A stretch of 63,765 bases of DNA, counting the filler, from Deltaproteobacteria bacterium (GTDB taxonomy: Bacteria; JAUYMQ01), in the NCBI GenBank assembly GCA_030698575.1. It is 15 parts of 15 records of this genome, joined end to end, with 100 filler letters (N's around TTAATTAATTAA, not from the genome) between each part and the next. Parts side by side here need not be neighbours in the genome. Positions count along the whole stretch, not along the records: positions 43,922 to 47,865 come from JAUYMQ010000333.1; positions 47,966 to 54,828 come from JAUYMQ010000336.1; positions 54,929 to 57,796 come from JAUYMQ010000338.1; 12 more parts are not named here. One strand, given 5' to 3'. The position numbers and the translations under genes are program-made. How positions within the stretch are numbered: the first letter of the stretch is position 1; the number at the start of each line of letters is the position of its first letter. Shown in pieces: positions 47,078 to 57,896 of the stretch. The notes beneath the pieces were generated by a model. It was given only the letters and a program-made list of their open reading frames with translations. It was not told the origin of the DNA and searched no databases.

Positions 47078-47865
47078 TTCGACCGTGTGAACCGCGACGT
47101 GCTGATGGCACGGGTGGCAAGACGGGTCGGAGACAAGCGTCTCCTTCGGCTGATCCGGCGGTACCTCACCGCCGGCGTGATGATCGAGGGAATTGCACAG
47201 GTCCGCGAAGAGGGAACCCCGCAGGGCGGTCCGCTGTCGCCGTTGCTCTCCAACATCCTGTTGGACGATCTGGACAAGGAGTTGGAACGGCGGGGCCACC
47301 GCTTCTGCCGGTACGCCGACGACTGTAACGCCTACGTGAAGTCGAAGGCGGCCGGGGACCGGGTGATGGAGTCGATCGCCCGGTACTTGGAGAAGCGGCT
47401 GCGCCTGAAGATCAATCGGGACAAGAGTGCGGTGGATCGTCCGTGGAACCGCAAGTTCCTCGGGTATACGATGACATCGCACCACCGCACGAAACTCAAA
47501 GTGTCGCCCCAGTCGGTGAAACGGGCCAAGGCGCACATCAAGGAGATCGTGCGGAAGGGCCGTGGACGCTCGCTGCCGAAGGTGATCGGGGAGATCACCC
47601 CGTTCCTTCGGGGGTGGGTGGCATACTTCCGGCTATCCCAAGTGAAGAACGTCTTCGAGGATCTGGACAAATGGATACGGCGGAAATTGCGCCTGATCCT
47701 GTGGCGGCAGTGGAAGAAGCCGCGCACCAGAGCCGGGAAGATGATCCGACTCGGGATCGAGAGGGGGAAAGCCTATGCCTCGGCCTATAATGGCCGTGGA
47801 CCTTGGTGGAGCGCCGGAGCGTCGCATATGAACGCTGCGATCACCGTCAAGTGGCTCACCCAACG
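47078..47865 (+). pseudogene. Group II intron RT internal fragment (class C-like)
   Basis: FDRVN, GTPQGGPLSPLLSNI, RYADD, RKFLGY, GWVAYF, WRQWK; N-terminal domains and 5' RNA absent. Confidence 0.88.
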
Positions 47866-47965
47866 NNNNNNNNNNNNNNNNNNNNNNNNNNNNNNNNNNN
47901 NNNNNNNNNTTAATTAATTAANNNNNNNNNNNNNNNNNNNNNNNNNNNNNNNNNNNNNNNNNNNN

Positions 47966-48357
47966 AGCTGTGACGTGACAAGGGTGAGCGGCCCGAGGCG
48001 CAGCATCGGATGCGGAGCGCGGCCCCCGTAGGTCTCATACAGGTACGCAATGATCGTATCGGACTCGAAGAGGTCGGCGCCGGTATTGGGATCGAGCAGA
48101 TAGGGGAAAGTCGCCTGCTTGCCCGCGGGCCGCACCTTCGGCCTGAAGACGCGGCCGCCCTTCGGGCAGGGATAGACGACAGCTCCGAGGTCGAGGTCGG
48201 TGAGCGCTTCGCGCACCTTCCGGCAGAAGGGGCAGGCCTCGAACTCGTACAGTTCGAGCGGTCGCGCTGGCCGCTTCGCCGACGGCGTGGCGTTCATACC
48301 GAAGCCGAGGCGCGCGGCGCTGGCGGCGTAGGAAGTGGCGATGTTCAGGAAGCTCAT
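47966..48357 (-). CDS. Glutathione S-transferase N-terminal / glutaredoxin-like protein (3' truncated)
   Basis: LYEFEACPFCRKVRE, FPYLLDPN, FESDTI. Confidence 0.85.
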
Positions 48358-48400
48358 GGCTGGCTCGTGGCTCCTCTCAAGAACGGCGGCCGGACAGGGC

Positions 48401-48766
48401 TCAGGCCACCGGCGTGATCTCGACGGGCACCGCGTGCTTGTATCCGCCGAAGAGGCCGGAAAGGCGGGCGAGCAGGTATTTCTTGAACATGAGCTGGCGC
48501 ACCCGGTCGGCCTGCTTCGTGCCCTTGAGGACGCGGCCCGTTCCCTTGAAGCGCACGCCGCCGATCTCGACCTCGACGTCGGGGTTCTTCTGGATGTTGC
48601 GGGCCCAGTGGGGAAACTTGCGCCCGCCGGCGAGGTAAACCTTGCCGCCGTCGCAGGCGAACCAGACCGTGACCCGCCGTTTCTTGCCGGTCTTCCGCCC
48701 AACCGTCGTCACCCGCACATGCCACCGCCCGTCTAGCTTCTCCAGATCCGGTCTCTTGGCCGCCAT
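48401..48766 (-). CDS. Deazaflavin-dependent nitroreductase-like (DDN / split beta-barrel) protein
   Basis: TTVGRKTGKKR, WF, WARNIQKNPDV. Confidence 0.8.
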   Translation of the reverse strand: MAAKRPDLEKLDGRWHVRVTTVGRKTGKKRRVTVWFACDGGKVYLAGGRKFPHWARNIQKNPDVEVEIGGVRFKGTGRVLKGTKQADRVRQLMFKKYLLARLSGLFGGYKHAVPVEITPVA

Positions 48767-48790
48767 CGCTCCCCCCGATTGCTCCCAACA

Positions 48791-48813
48791 GGTCAAATTT
48801 TAGGCCTGACCCC
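48791..48813. repeat. Single REP-like arm GGTCAAATTTTAGGCCTGACCCC
   Basis: 21/23 identical to 40084-40106. Confidence 0.75.
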
Positions 48814-48820
48814 GAGCATT

Positions 48821-49810
48821 TTACCCGCTCATGTTGCGGATGAACTGGTAAGGGTAGCCCTCGGGGACGCGGCTGGCCTCGTCGATTCGCTTCCAGGCGT
48901 CCTCCGGGAGCGCCCAGTCGGCGCAAGCGAGGTTCTGATCGAGCTGCACCAGCGTGCGGGCTCCGATGATGGGGCTCGTCACGCCCGGCACCTGAAGCAG
49001 CCAGCGCAGGGCCACCGCCGCTACCGGCCGGTCATGTTCGCCGCCAATCGCCCTCAGCAGATCGAGCAAGTCGAAGTTGCGAGGGGTCATGTGGCGCGCG
49101 GCCGTGTCTTCCCAGCTTGCAAGCCGCGTTCCCGTCGGCGGTTTCGAAGCTCGATCCAGCTTGCCCGCCAGAAAGCCCGAGCCGAGTGGGCTCCAGGGGA
49201 TGATCCCGAGCCCTTCCTCGCGGCACACGGGCAGGATCTCCCGCTCGATGTCGCGCATCACGAGGCTGTACTGCGGCTGCAGGCTCACGAACTGCTCGAG
49301 GTGCTCGCGCTCGGCCACACGCACGGCCTTCTCGATGTGCCAGGCCGCGAAGTTCGAGCAGCCGAAGTAGCGGATCTTCCCCTCGCGAACCAGGTCGGTG
49401 AAAACCGAGAGCGTCTCCTCGATCGGCGTCCGCGCATCCCAGCAGTGGATCTGGTAGAGATCAACGTGGTCGGTCCCCAGGCGCCGGAGGCTCTCCTCGA
49501 TCGCCCGCCGCACGTGCACGCGACCCGCGCCACGATCGTTCGGCCCCGGCCCCGTGGGGAAGAAGACCTTTGTCGCGATCACCACCTGGTCACGCTTCCC
49601 CTTCATCCACCGGCCGATGATCTCCTCCGACGCGCCGCTGGCGTAAATGTCGGCGGTATCAATGAAGTTCACACCGGCATCGAGCGCGCGGTCGAGAATG
49701 CTCCGCGACACATCCTCGTCGCATCCCCAGTTCTGATTGCCGAAGGTCATCGTGCCAAAACAGACCTCCGACACACGCAGCCCGCTTTTTCCGAGCTTTC
49801 TGTACTCCAT
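48821..49810 (-). CDS. Aldo/keto reductase
   Basis: LGKSGLRVS, DTADIY, ATKV, DLYQIH, WSPLGSG. Confidence 0.95.
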   Translation of the reverse strand: MEYRKLGKSGLRVSEVCFGTMTFGNQNWGCDEDVSRSILDRALDAGVNFIDTADIYASGASEEIIGRWMKGKRDQVVIATKVFFPTGPGPNDRGAGRVHVRRAIEESLRRLGTDHVDLYQIHCWDARTPIEETLSVFTDLVREGKIRYFGCSNFAAWHIEKAVRVAEREHLEQFVSLQPQYSLVMRDIEREILPVCREEGLGIIPWSPLGSGFLAGKLDRASKPPTGTRLASWEDTAARHMTPRNFDLLDLLRAIGGEHDRPVAAVALRWLLQVPGVTSPIIGARTLVQLDQNLACADWALPEDAWKRIDEASRVPEGYPYQFIRNMSG

Positions 49811-49819
49811 CTGGTTCCT

Positions 49820-50308
49820 CTATTTTCCCCGCCGCTTCAAGCTCTTGCGCTGGACGCCGGCGGTCCGCCGCTTGGTATGCGTGGCAGTCACCACGGTTTT
49901 TATGTTCCCGCGGACATTGAAGTCGCCGATGATTTCGACCCACTTCGGATCGGCTGCGGCGACGAAATCATCGAGAATGGTGTTGACCACCGCCTCGTGG
50001 AAGATCGCGACGTCGCGATAGCCGTTGATGTAAAGCTTCAGGCTCCGGAGCTCGATCAGCCGCCGGTCGGGGACATAGCGTATCCGGATGGTCGCGAAGT
50101 CCGGAAAGCCCGATCGCGGGCAGACGCAAGTGAACTCGGCAATGGTGAAGCTCACTTCGTAATCGCGCTGGAGCGAGTTGTTGGGGACCGTCTCGAGGCT
50201 CGCCTCGGCGATCATCCGCGTGCCGTAAGGAATGATCTTGCGCCTCGCCACCTTCGACCCGCCGGCTTTCCGCGGGCGCCCGCGCTTTTCAGCCATTTTT
50301 TTAGCCAT
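49820..50308 (-). CDS. queF: PreQ0 reductase QueF (type I)
   Basis: [33 protein letters not shown]. Confidence 0.93.
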   Translation of the reverse strand: MAKKMAEKRGRPRKAGGSKVARRKIIPYGTRMIAEASLETVPNNSLQRDYEVSFTIAEFTCVCPRSGFPDFATIRIRYVPDRRLIELRSLKLYINGYRDVAIFHEAVVNTILDDFVAAADPKWVEIIGDFNVRGNIKTVVTATHTKRRTAGVQRKSLKRRGK

Positions 50309-51320
50309 TGAACGCCTTGATGATGGGTGCCCACCGGCCGCGGTCGTCAGGAGTGTAGGGGAAATAGAAGGCAAGGCGGTCCAGGATCCCCTCGTATCGC
50401 GCCTGCACCTTGCCTGGAATCTCGTCCGGCTCGCCGATCACGGCGTAGCACTCGAGCATCTCGTCGGTGATCGCGTCGGCCATGCTTCCCCAGTCGCCCC
50501 GCCTCGACATGGCGTTGAGTTTCTCGGACTTCTCGCCGAAGCCATTCGCCTCGAGCACCTTCAGATAGGTGCGCGTGCTCGCGTAGAAGCTGATCTGCTG
50601 CTTCACGAGCGCCTTCGCCGACTCGATCTCATCCTTGTCATGTCCGGTGATGACGAACACGGAGCTCGACAGCGCGATGTCCTTGCGCGTTCGCCCGCTC
50701 TTCTTGAGTCCGTCTTCCACGTTGGGAAGCACCGTCTTCTTCAGATACTCGATGGAATGGAACGGGTGAACGTGGAGGCCCTGGCACAGTTCACCGGCCA
50801 GCCGGCACATGTAGTCGTTGACCCCGGCGATGTAGATCGGGATCTCCCAGTGATTCATCGGTCCCGGCGCGAAGAAGGGCGTCATCAGCGTGTGATTGTA
50901 GTGCTCGCTCTCGTAATGAAGCGGCGTCCCCTTGGCCCAGCACTCCCAGATGGCACGGAGCGCCCCGATGTAATCGCGCATGCGCGGCCCAGGCGCCTCC
51001 CACTTCACGCCGAAGCGCCGCTCGATGTGCCCCTTCACCTGCGTGCCGAGCCCCAGCATGAACCGGCCGCCGGACAGCTCGGCCAGATCCCAGCCGATCA
51101 TCGCCGTCACCATCGGGCTTCGCGGAAACGCCACCGCGATGGAGGTGCCGAGCTTCACGCGCTCGGTGTGCTCGGCGGCGAGCACGAGGGGGAGGAACGG
51201 ATCGTGCCCGGTGTCGGCCGTCCAGAGGCAGTCGAAGCCGGCCTCCTCGGCCGACCGGGCCGCCGCGGGAATATCCTTGAGCGCCGTTGTGACGAGCGCG
51301 GTATCGAGCTTGATGGACAT
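50301..51320 (-). CDS. LLM-class F420-dependent oxidoreductase (TIGR03617-like)
   Basis: [46 protein letters not shown]. Confidence 0.88.
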   Translation of the reverse strand: MSIKLDTALVTTALKDIPAAARSAEEAGFDCLWTADTGHDPFLPLVLAAEHTERVKLGTSIAVAFPRSPMVTAMIGWDLAELSGGRFMLGLGTQVKGHIERRFGVKWEAPGPRMRDYIGALRAIWECWAKGTPLHYESEHYNHTLMTPFFAPGPMNHWEIPIYIAGVNDYMCRLAGELCQGLHVHPFHSIEYLKKTVLPNVEDGLKKSGRTRKDIALSSSVFVITGHDKDEIESAKALVKQQISFYASTRTYLKVLEANGFGEKSEKLNAMSRRGDWGSMADAITDEMLECYAVIGEPDEIPGKVQARYEGILDRLAFYFPYTPDDRGRWAPIIKAFNG

Positions 51321-51533
51321 GAAAACTCCTTGAAATGGTCCCCCCGCCAGGCGGACCTCCGACTCGCGCGGAAGCGCTCCGGTGGCCGGCACGGAAGCCC
51401 TGGGGAATGGATGGGTTCTTACAATCGCTCTGCGCGACCGCGAGCGATGCTGCGAAACAGCCAACGAGGCGTCGCACTCGATCCTGCCGAGAGTATACGG
51501 GGGCACGCAGAGGGGCTCAAGAGGGGCTCCCGC

Positions 51534-53918
51534 TCAGGAAATTCGCGTGTGATGACTCCTTCTCTTGACGATCCCGGTCGACCAAACCAGCAGCCCCACC
51601 AGGGTGAGCAGCGACAGGATCATGCCGAGGCGCCAGCTCATGGGTGAAAAAGCGATCTGCACCTCGTGTACACCCGCTGGGACCTGAACGGCCTGGAACA
51701 GATAATTCGCCCTCAGGAGATCTGCCTTTTTGCCGTCCACTCGCGCCTTCCACCCGGGATAGTAAACGTCTCCGACCACGACGAACCCATCGGATTCCAT
51801 CTTTACTCGAAGGGTCTTGTGATTCACGCCTAAATCCAGGGCCTCGACGGAAGAACCGTCCTGCAAGCGGAGATCCGGGGCGAGGTCCGATCGCGGCGGC
51901 CCCTCGAGGATCACGCCTCCCTCCACGTTGTAACCTCCTTTGAGTAACCGTAACGCCTCTTCACCGTCCGATACATAGTGAGAGCGATGGACGATCAGAA
52001 CGCGTGGAAGGACGCGAACGCGCTCGAAAATCGTGACCTCTCTCTCGTAAACCTTCTTGAGCCCAAGCATTTTTTGGCGTTCCGCGGGAATCGTGGAGCC
52101 GGAAGGAATGATGAAGTATTTCAGATTGAGGAGATCAAGAAATCGGCTCCCTGGATCCACGAGCTCCGCACGGAAAGCATGGAAAGAATCGTCGCCTAAA
52201 AAACGTGAATCCAGGAGTTCGTGAACGTATCGTGCAAAGCGCTTCACGAAGAGCGCCTCGTACATGCCTATATCCTCCAGCCCGAATGCCGTCGCCGTGT
52301 TCGGGAAGAGGCAACCGTCGATTCCATACACTCGAAAGGTCGACGGGTCGTGACGCAGGAACTCAACGTAGGGAGGGACCTGGAAAGTCTCGGCCCGCGG
52401 CGTCCGCTCACGGGGAATGAGCACGAAGAGCTCAACGAGGAGAATCAGCGATAAGAGGCCCGCAAATACATGGGGCCGGATCATGGATCGGTGGGAAAGG
52501 ACCCCGCCCAGGATTGCAACCGACAGGAGAACACAAGGCACAGTCAAGAAGTCTCCCGGCGAATTGGCCGGCGCTCGAAAATGCCAGAACCAAGCGACCC
52601 CGCCAATCAGCGGAACGAGCGCCAGGAGCAGGCGCAAGCTCTCGTCCCTTCCGCGCGCCAAATAAGCGATCGCCGCCCCCACGAGGACGCTTGCGGACAA
52701 CGCCACGCTCTGCGTGGCATGGAGCTGGAACTTTACCTGATCGAGCACGGGCATCCGTCCAACCCAGTTCACCAGCGGAGAGCCGAAGATCTTGAGAAGG
52801 TAGAAGAAGAACACGAAGAGGAATGCGTGGGTGGCAGCGCTCTTCTCCCGCGCAAGAAGAGCGTAAAGCGCGAACCACACAGGGAAGAAGCCCAGCCATC
52901 CACCGGCCCAGGTAAGCACCATCCACTCCGGGAGGACCACCATGCCGTGCGCGTAGTACCAGGGGAATACGAGCGTGATCAGGTTCTGAAGAAATTCCGA
53001 CTGGATCCCGACTCCGGGCGGATGAACGTGCCAGGATTCGCTTCTCACATATTCCAGGAAGGGTAGAAGCACCAAGGCCGACAGGCCAACCCCTCCCGCA
53101 AACGCCCCGATCACCCTCCCCAGCGCGCGCCCGCGGCTCCCCGAGACCGGGGCCGATCTCATCCGGAAGGCGAGGAACACGGCGCCCATGAGCATCGCGA
53201 AGAATGCATGCTCGGGATGGCCCCCTGCAATGATCTGGAAAACAACGAAGGAACAGATGAAAACGTAACGTCGTTTCCCCTCGGTCAGGATCCGTTCTAT
53301 CAGGAACAAGAGCAGGGGCATGAGCACGTCGGTGTTCACGGAGACGTGCGCCACAAAACTCAGTATTGGACCGGAGAACATGTATGCGGCAGACGAAACG
53401 AGAGAGGGAAGTCTCGCAAATCCCAATGCGCGCATCAGCCAGTAAGTGAAAATTCCCGCCAGGTAGAGCCGGAAGAGGAGGTAGGCGTCCCAGCCCCATG
53501 GGGACGGGGCGGCGTACAAGATGATCTCCGGCAGATAGAAAAGGGATGACTCCATTGCGGAGACGAATGGGTAACCGCCGCCCTGATATGGATTCCAGAG
53601 GGGGAAGATCCCTTGGGCGAAAGAGCGTGACTTGAATACGAAGTAGGGTTCCTCGATCAACGCCGGGGTGTTTTCGAACACGGGCAACATCTTCGGAAAG
53701 CCGCCCGGGTAATCGTAGTGCCCGGTAGGCAGCGCAGTGGGCACGGTGTTCGAGACACGGAGGGTCTTGCCGAGAAAGACGATGTCGTAGAAGAAGATCA
53801 CCAGGAACGCCACGAGCGTGGCGCTCACAAGCAGCGATTCCCGGCTCAGCGCACCCGGCCATTCGGGGTGGGCTCCGCCCGAGCCCTCGTCTGGTTCCGC
53901 CGCCTGGTTGGACCTCAT
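51534..53918 (-). CDS. YfhO family (GT-C) membrane glycosyltransferase
   Basis: FPLWNPYQGGGYP, many TM helices, YYPGWKARVDG, RANYLFQAV.VPAG.H. Confidence 0.88.
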   Translation of the reverse strand: MRSNQAAEPDEGSGGAHPEWPGALSRESLLVSATLVAFLVIFFYDIVFLGKTLRVSNTVPTALPTGHYDYPGGFPKMLPVFENTPALIEEPYFVFKSRSFAQGIFPLWNPYQGGGYPFVSAMESSLFYLPEIILYAAPSPWGWDAYLLFRLYLAGIFTYWLMRALGFARLPSLVSSAAYMFSGPILSFVAHVSVNTDVLMPLLLFLIERILTEGKRRYVFICSFVVFQIIAGGHPEHAFFAMLMGAVFLAFRMRSAPVSGSRGRALGRVIGAFAGGVGLSALVLLPFLEYVRSESWHVHPPGVGIQSEFLQNLITLVFPWYYAHGMVVLPEWMVLTWAGGWLGFFPVWFALYALLAREKSAATHAFLFVFFFYLLKIFGSPLVNWVGRMPVLDQVKFQLHATQSVALSASVLVGAAIAYLARGRDESLRLLLALVPLIGGVAWFWHFRAPANSPGDFLTVPCVLLSVAILGGVLSHRSMIRPHVFAGLLSLILLVELFVLIPRERTPRAETFQVPPYVEFLRHDPSTFRVYGIDGCLFPNTATAFGLEDIGMYEALFVKRFARYVHELLDSRFLGDDSFHAFRAELVDPGSRFLDLLNLKYFIIPSGSTIPAERQKMLGLKKVYEREVTIFERVRVLPRVLIVHRSHYVSDGEEALRLLKGGYNVEGGVILEGPPRSDLAPDLRLQDGSSVEALDLGVNHKTLRVKMESDGFVVVGDVYYPGWKARVDGKKADLLRANYLFQAVQVPAGVHEVQIAFSPMSWRLGMILSLLTLVGLLVWSTGIVKRRSHHTRIS

Positions 53919-53971
53919 AATTCCTCGTCAGAGCCGGCGGGAGCCGCGAGCCTGCTTCAACGGCCGCCCGC

Positions 53972-54828
53972 TCAGCGTTCCCCTGCCGGCACAAGCTCCC
54001 CGAGTTCGATCAACGGCCCGGCCACGGGGCTTCGGAAGCGATGCAGGTCGAGCTCCTCGCGGTTCTGATACGGGGTATCGTGGGCGTCAAGCGCGATGCG
54101 CCGATAGGTCGCGCGTTGCAGCCAGAAATTCAGGGCGTCGTTCTTGGGGCCGTGGGTCGGCCTGACGACCAACCAGCGGGGGGGCGGCTGGCCCTCGCCG
54201 TTGTCCTGCGGTCTCAGCCCCGTGTGAAACGCCACCGCAGCCTCCTCGTAGACGGTCGCGAAGCGATCACCGGGTCTCTTGTGCGCGTTGAGGTACTCGG
54301 CAATCGCATCGACCGGGCCACGATAGCCGACCGTGATCTCGGTCAAGTAATCCGCAAGCGGGGCGCGCACGTCGAGCGAAGGCCGGACCTCCGGGCTCCA
54401 GCCCGGCATGAAGAACGCGCTCTGGTAATCGAAGCCCCGAAGGAACGCCGGGAAGCGATTCTGACGAAGCTCCGCTTCGCTCCTTCCCCGCGCCGCGAGC
54501 AGCGAAAAATCGATGTGATCGTCGACTATCCGGAGCGGCCAGACGGCCAGGGCGTTGGTGGCCAGCAGGACGGCGACTGCCGACCATGCGAGCCAGGTCG
54601 GACGCAACAGCACATGGACCGCCTGCGCGAGGATGATCGCGAAGAGCGGCCAGATGGGAAACAGGTATCGCAGGAAGGGAGCCCCGGAGATGATGGGAAT
54701 GACGCCGATGAAGACCGCACAGACAAGCCCGACGAGAGACCAGGGCATCCACCCCCGCTCGCCGGGCGGCTTGCGGAGATCGGTCGCGATCATGGCGAAG
54801 CCGAAGCCTCCGAAGACGACGAGAAGAA
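53972..54828 (-). CDS. Membrane protein, probable GT-C glycosyltransferase, C-terminal part
   Basis: TM helices with RYLFP.WP followed by a soluble domain; upstream of the YfhO gene. Confidence 0.6.
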
Positions 54829-54962
54829 NNNNNNNNNNNNNNNNNNNNNNNNNNNNNNNNNNNNNNNNNNNNTTAATTAATTAANNNNNNNNNNNNNNNN
54901 NNNNNNNNNNNNNNNNNNNNNNNNNNNNGGGGAGCCATGCTCTCGCGCCCTGCGCGTGCTCC

Positions 54963-55102
54963 GTCTCGGTAGGCCGTCCCGGGGCCGCCAGCGGCCTTGC
55001 CTCATCCCGGGACTGATTACGGGGCGTCGCTCTCCGGGGCGGTCCACACGCTCTCGCGCAGGGCCGTCCCGTTGCAACGCCGCTCCACCCACGGTCTTCG
55101 AC
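54963..55102 (-). promoter_or_regulatory. Ribosomal protein L10 leader (upstream of rplJ, which is cut off)
   Basis: GTCGAAGACCGTGGGT...TAAT...CCTACCGAGAC downstream of rplA. Confidence 0.7.
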
Positions 55103-55193
55103 GTCAGGATCCTGGGTTGCAACTCTGGTGGTCGATGGCCTCCTTCGTGTATCTCGTTCGTTTCTTGTTTGTTGCTTGCCTGTCCCGCGCGGC

Positions 55194-55901
55194 CTACTTC
55201 TTGAAGACCGCCTGGATCTCATTCGTGTTCAGGCGGACTCCCGGCCCCATCGTGTTCGAAATCGTTACGCCAAGCAGGTAGTTCCCCTTGCTCGAGGCCG
55301 GCTTCGCCTTCAGGATGATGTCCAGGATGGCCAGCAGGTTCTCCCGCAGCTTGTCCTTGCCGAAGGAGACTTTGCCCGCCGGCGCGTGCACGATGCCGTC
55401 CTTGTTGACCTTGAACTCGACCTTGCCGGCTTTCTGCTCCTGGACCGCCCGGCCGACGTCGAAGGTGACCGTTCCGACCTTCGGATTGGGCATGAGGCCG
55501 CGGGGACCGAGGACCTTGCCGAGCTTGCCCACCTGGGCCATGAGGTCCGGCGTGGCGATGACCTTGTCGAACTCGAGCCAGCCTTCCTGGACCTTCTTGA
55601 TGTACTCGTCGCTGCCGACGAAATCGGCCCCGGCGTCCGCCGCCTCCTTCTCCTTCTCACCCTTGGCAAAGACGAGCACGCGCGTTTCCTTGCCAATTCC
55701 ATGAGGCAGGACGATCGCACCCCGGACCATCTGGTCGGCATGCTTGGGATCGACTCCCAGTCGCACGGCGAGGTCGACGTTCTCGTCAAATTTCGTGTAG
55801 TGGGTCTGTTCGATCAGGTCGAGCGCCTCGTCGAGCGAGTACTTCTTCTCGCGGTCCACCTTTGCCCGCGCTTCCGCGAACTTCTTCCCAGGCGCAGCCA
55901 T
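55194..55901 (-). CDS. rplA: 50S ribosomal protein L1
   Basis: [29 protein letters not shown]. Confidence 0.98.
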   Translation of the reverse strand: MAAPGKKFAEARAKVDREKKYSLDEALDLIEQTHYTKFDENVDLAVRLGVDPKHADQMVRGAIVLPHGIGKETRVLVFAKGEKEKEAADAGADFVGSDEYIKKVQEGWLEFDKVIATPDLMAQVGKLGKVLGPRGLMPNPKVGTVTFDVGRAVQEQKAGKVEFKVNKDGIVHAPAGKVSFGKDKLRENLLAILDIILKAKPASSKGNYLLGVTISNTMGPGVRLNTNEIQAVFKK

Positions 55902-55946
55902 GTTCCTCCCTCCGCCGGTGCGAGCGGGTTTCCCCTCCCGGACGGA

Positions 55947-56372
55947 TTAGCCCTCAACCGTGATGCCCATGCTCCTTGCCGTGCCGGCAACGATTTTCAT
56001 GGCGGCGTTGATGTCGTGGCAGTTCAGATCGGGCATTTTCGTTTCTGCAATCTCGCGGACCTGGGCGGAGGTCACGCGTCCCACCTTCTCGCGCTTCGGA
56101 TCGCCGGAGCCTTTCGCAACCTTCGCGGCCCGCTTCAGCAGGATCGATGCCGGCGGAGTCTTCAGGATGAAGCTGAAGGACCGATCCGCGTAGACGCTGA
56201 TCAGCACTGGAATGATCAGACCCTCCTGCCCCTGCGTCTTGGCGTTGAACTGCTTGCAGAATTCCATGATGTTCACGCCGTGCTGCCCGAGCGCCGGCCC
56301 GACGGGCGGGCTCGGATTTGCGGCGCCGGCAGGGCACTGAAGCTTGATCAGGGCCGTTACTTTCTTGGCCAT
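55947..56372 (-). CDS. rplK: 50S ribosomal protein L11
   Basis: [30 protein letters not shown]. Confidence 0.98.
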   Translation of the reverse strand: MAKKVTALIKLQCPAGAANPSPPVGPALGQHGVNIMEFCKQFNAKTQGQEGLIIPVLISVYADRSFSFILKTPPASILLKRAAKVAKGSGDPKREKVGRVTSAQVREIAETKMPDLNCHDINAAMKIVAGTARSMGITVEG

Positions 56373-56373
56373 C

Positions 56374-57093
56374 TTAGGTCTTCTCCACTTCGACGAAGGA
56401 AAGCTCCACGGGCGTGGCGCGCCCGAAAATTGTCACCAGGACCTTCACCTTCCCCTTCTCGGGCTTCACGTCCTCGACGACGCCGGTGAAATTGGCGAAG
56501 GGCCCATGGACCACACGGATGGCCTCGCCGCGCTCGAACTGAACCTTGGGCTTCGGCCGCTCCGCCCCCTCTGTCTGCTGCTTCAGGATCCGGCGCAGCT
56601 CCTCCTCGCTGATCGGCGGGGGCTCGGTGCCGCCCCCGACGAAGCCGCTGACCTTCGGCGTCTCCCGCACGAAGTGACGGCTCTCGTCGTTGCTTTCCAT
56701 CTGAACGAGGATGTAGCCGGGGAAGAACTTCCGGGAACTCGTCCGTCGCTGCCCCTTGACGAGCTCGACGACATTCTCTGTCGGGATGAGTATCTCGCCG
56801 AAGTAGCTCGCGATTTGCCGGTGGCGCGGGTTCTTGCTCGCGCGGTACATCTCCAGCTGCTTCACCAGCGAGAGTCTTACCTTCTGCTCGTAGCCGGAAT
56901 AGGTGTGGGCGATGTACCACTGCATTTTGCCGTCACCGGCCAGATCCAGCGCGGGCGCACCTTCGCCGTCCGCTCCGGCGTCCCCGCCTTCGGCCGGAGC
57001 TGCCGCCGGGCTCTCCTCGGCTGGATTGGTCAACGCCGCCTCAGCTTGTTCGTCCTTCGCCTGGGGAGCTTCCTGTTCCTTCGTTTCTTCCAT
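56374..57093 (-). CDS. nusG: Transcription termination/antitermination factor NusG
   Basis: [40 protein letters not shown]. Confidence 0.96.
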   Translation of the reverse strand: MEETKEQEAPQAKDEQAEAALTNPAEESPAAAPAEGGDAGADGEGAPALDLAGDGKMQWYIAHTYSGYEQKVRLSLVKQLEMYRASKNPRHRQIASYFGEILIPTENVVELVKGQRRTSSRKFFPGYILVQMESNDESRHFVRETPKVSGFVGGGTEPPPISEEELRRILKQQTEGAERPKPKVQFERGEAIRVVHGPFANFTGVVEDVKPEKGKVKVLVTIFGRATPVELSFVEVEKT

Positions 57094-57115
57094 GCAATCC
57101 CGTCCCGGCGCGCGC

Positions 57116-57310
57116 TCAGCCCATCAGCGCGTCGATTAACCTCGACAGAGCAAAATCCACACCAAAGAGGAACACGGCCGTGATAATCGTCACGACGATC
57201 ACGACAATGGTGGTGCCTCTGGACTCCTCGAAACTCGGCCAGGTCACCTTGCGCGTCTCGTACCGGACCTCCTTCAGGAACTGCAGGCCCTCGTCTATTT
57301 GCGTTGGCAT
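57116..57310 (-). CDS. secE: Preprotein translocase subunit SecE
   Basis: FLKEVRYETRKVTWP plus one TM helix. Confidence 0.93.
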   Translation of the reverse strand: MPTQIDEGLQFLKEVRYETRKVTWPSFEESRGTTIVVIVVTIITAVFLFGVDFALSRLIDALMG

Positions 57311-57380
57311 GGCGCTGCTCCGGAGAAGCTTTCCAGATGTATTTGGCCAGATGTGCTTGGCCGGGTGTGGTCGGCTCATG

Positions 57381-57457
57381 TGGCAGGCCAGGAGGGATTC
57401 GAACCCCCAACCCGCGGTTTTGGAGACCGCTGCTCTACCAGTTGGAGCTACTGGCCT
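57381..57457 (-). tRNA. tRNA-Trp (CCA)
   Basis: AGGCCAG acceptor stem, anticodon arm GCGGT-CTCCAAA-ACCGC, GTTCGAATC T-loop, encoded CCA end. Confidence 0.97.
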
Positions 57458-57489
57458 TCAATCTCGTTGGTCTCGCGCGTAACCCAGGG

Positions 57490-57639
57490 CTACTTGGTCT
57501 CTTTGTGCGCGGTGTGGGAGCGGCAGAAACGGCAAAATTTCTTCAGCTCCAGCTTGTCCGGCGTGCGGCTCTTGTTCTTGGTCGTGTTGTAGTTCCGCCG
57601 CTTGCATTTCTGACAGGCGAGGGTGATCAGATCGCGCAT
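57490..57639 (-). CDS. rpmG: 50S ribosomal protein L33 (zinc-binding form), absent from the ORF track
   Basis: [49 protein letters not shown]. Confidence 0.96.
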   Translation of the reverse strand: MRDLITLACQKCKRRNYNTTKNKSRTPDKLELKKFCRFCRSHTAHKETK

Positions 57640-57676
57640 TGAAAGTTCCCCGAGAAGGCGGCCCGCCGGGGGCCGC

Positions 57677-57796
57677 TTACTTCTGAATCTCCGCTACGAC
57701 GCCGGCGCCGACCGTACGGCCGCCCTCACGAATTGCGAACCGGAGTTCCTTGTCCATCGCGATGGGGGTGATCAGCTTCACCGTAAGCTCCGCGCT
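57677..57796 (-). CDS. tuf: Elongation factor Tu, C-terminal end
   Basis: [27 protein letters not shown]. Confidence 0.96.
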   Translation of the reverse strand, partial: SAELTVKLITPIAMDKELRFAIREGGRTVGAGVVAEIQK

Positions 57797-57896
57797 NNNN
57801 NNNNNNNNNNNNNNNNNNNNNNNNNNNNNNNNNNNNNNNNTTAATTAATTAANNNNNNNNNNNNNNNNNNNNNNNNNNNNNNNNNNNNNNNNNNNN

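Noticed and set aside
47078-47865. Retron, DGR or defence-associated RT next to the defence island
   Set aside because: Motifs and the maturase domain are those of a group II intron RT; no template/variable repeat pair or msr-msd seen
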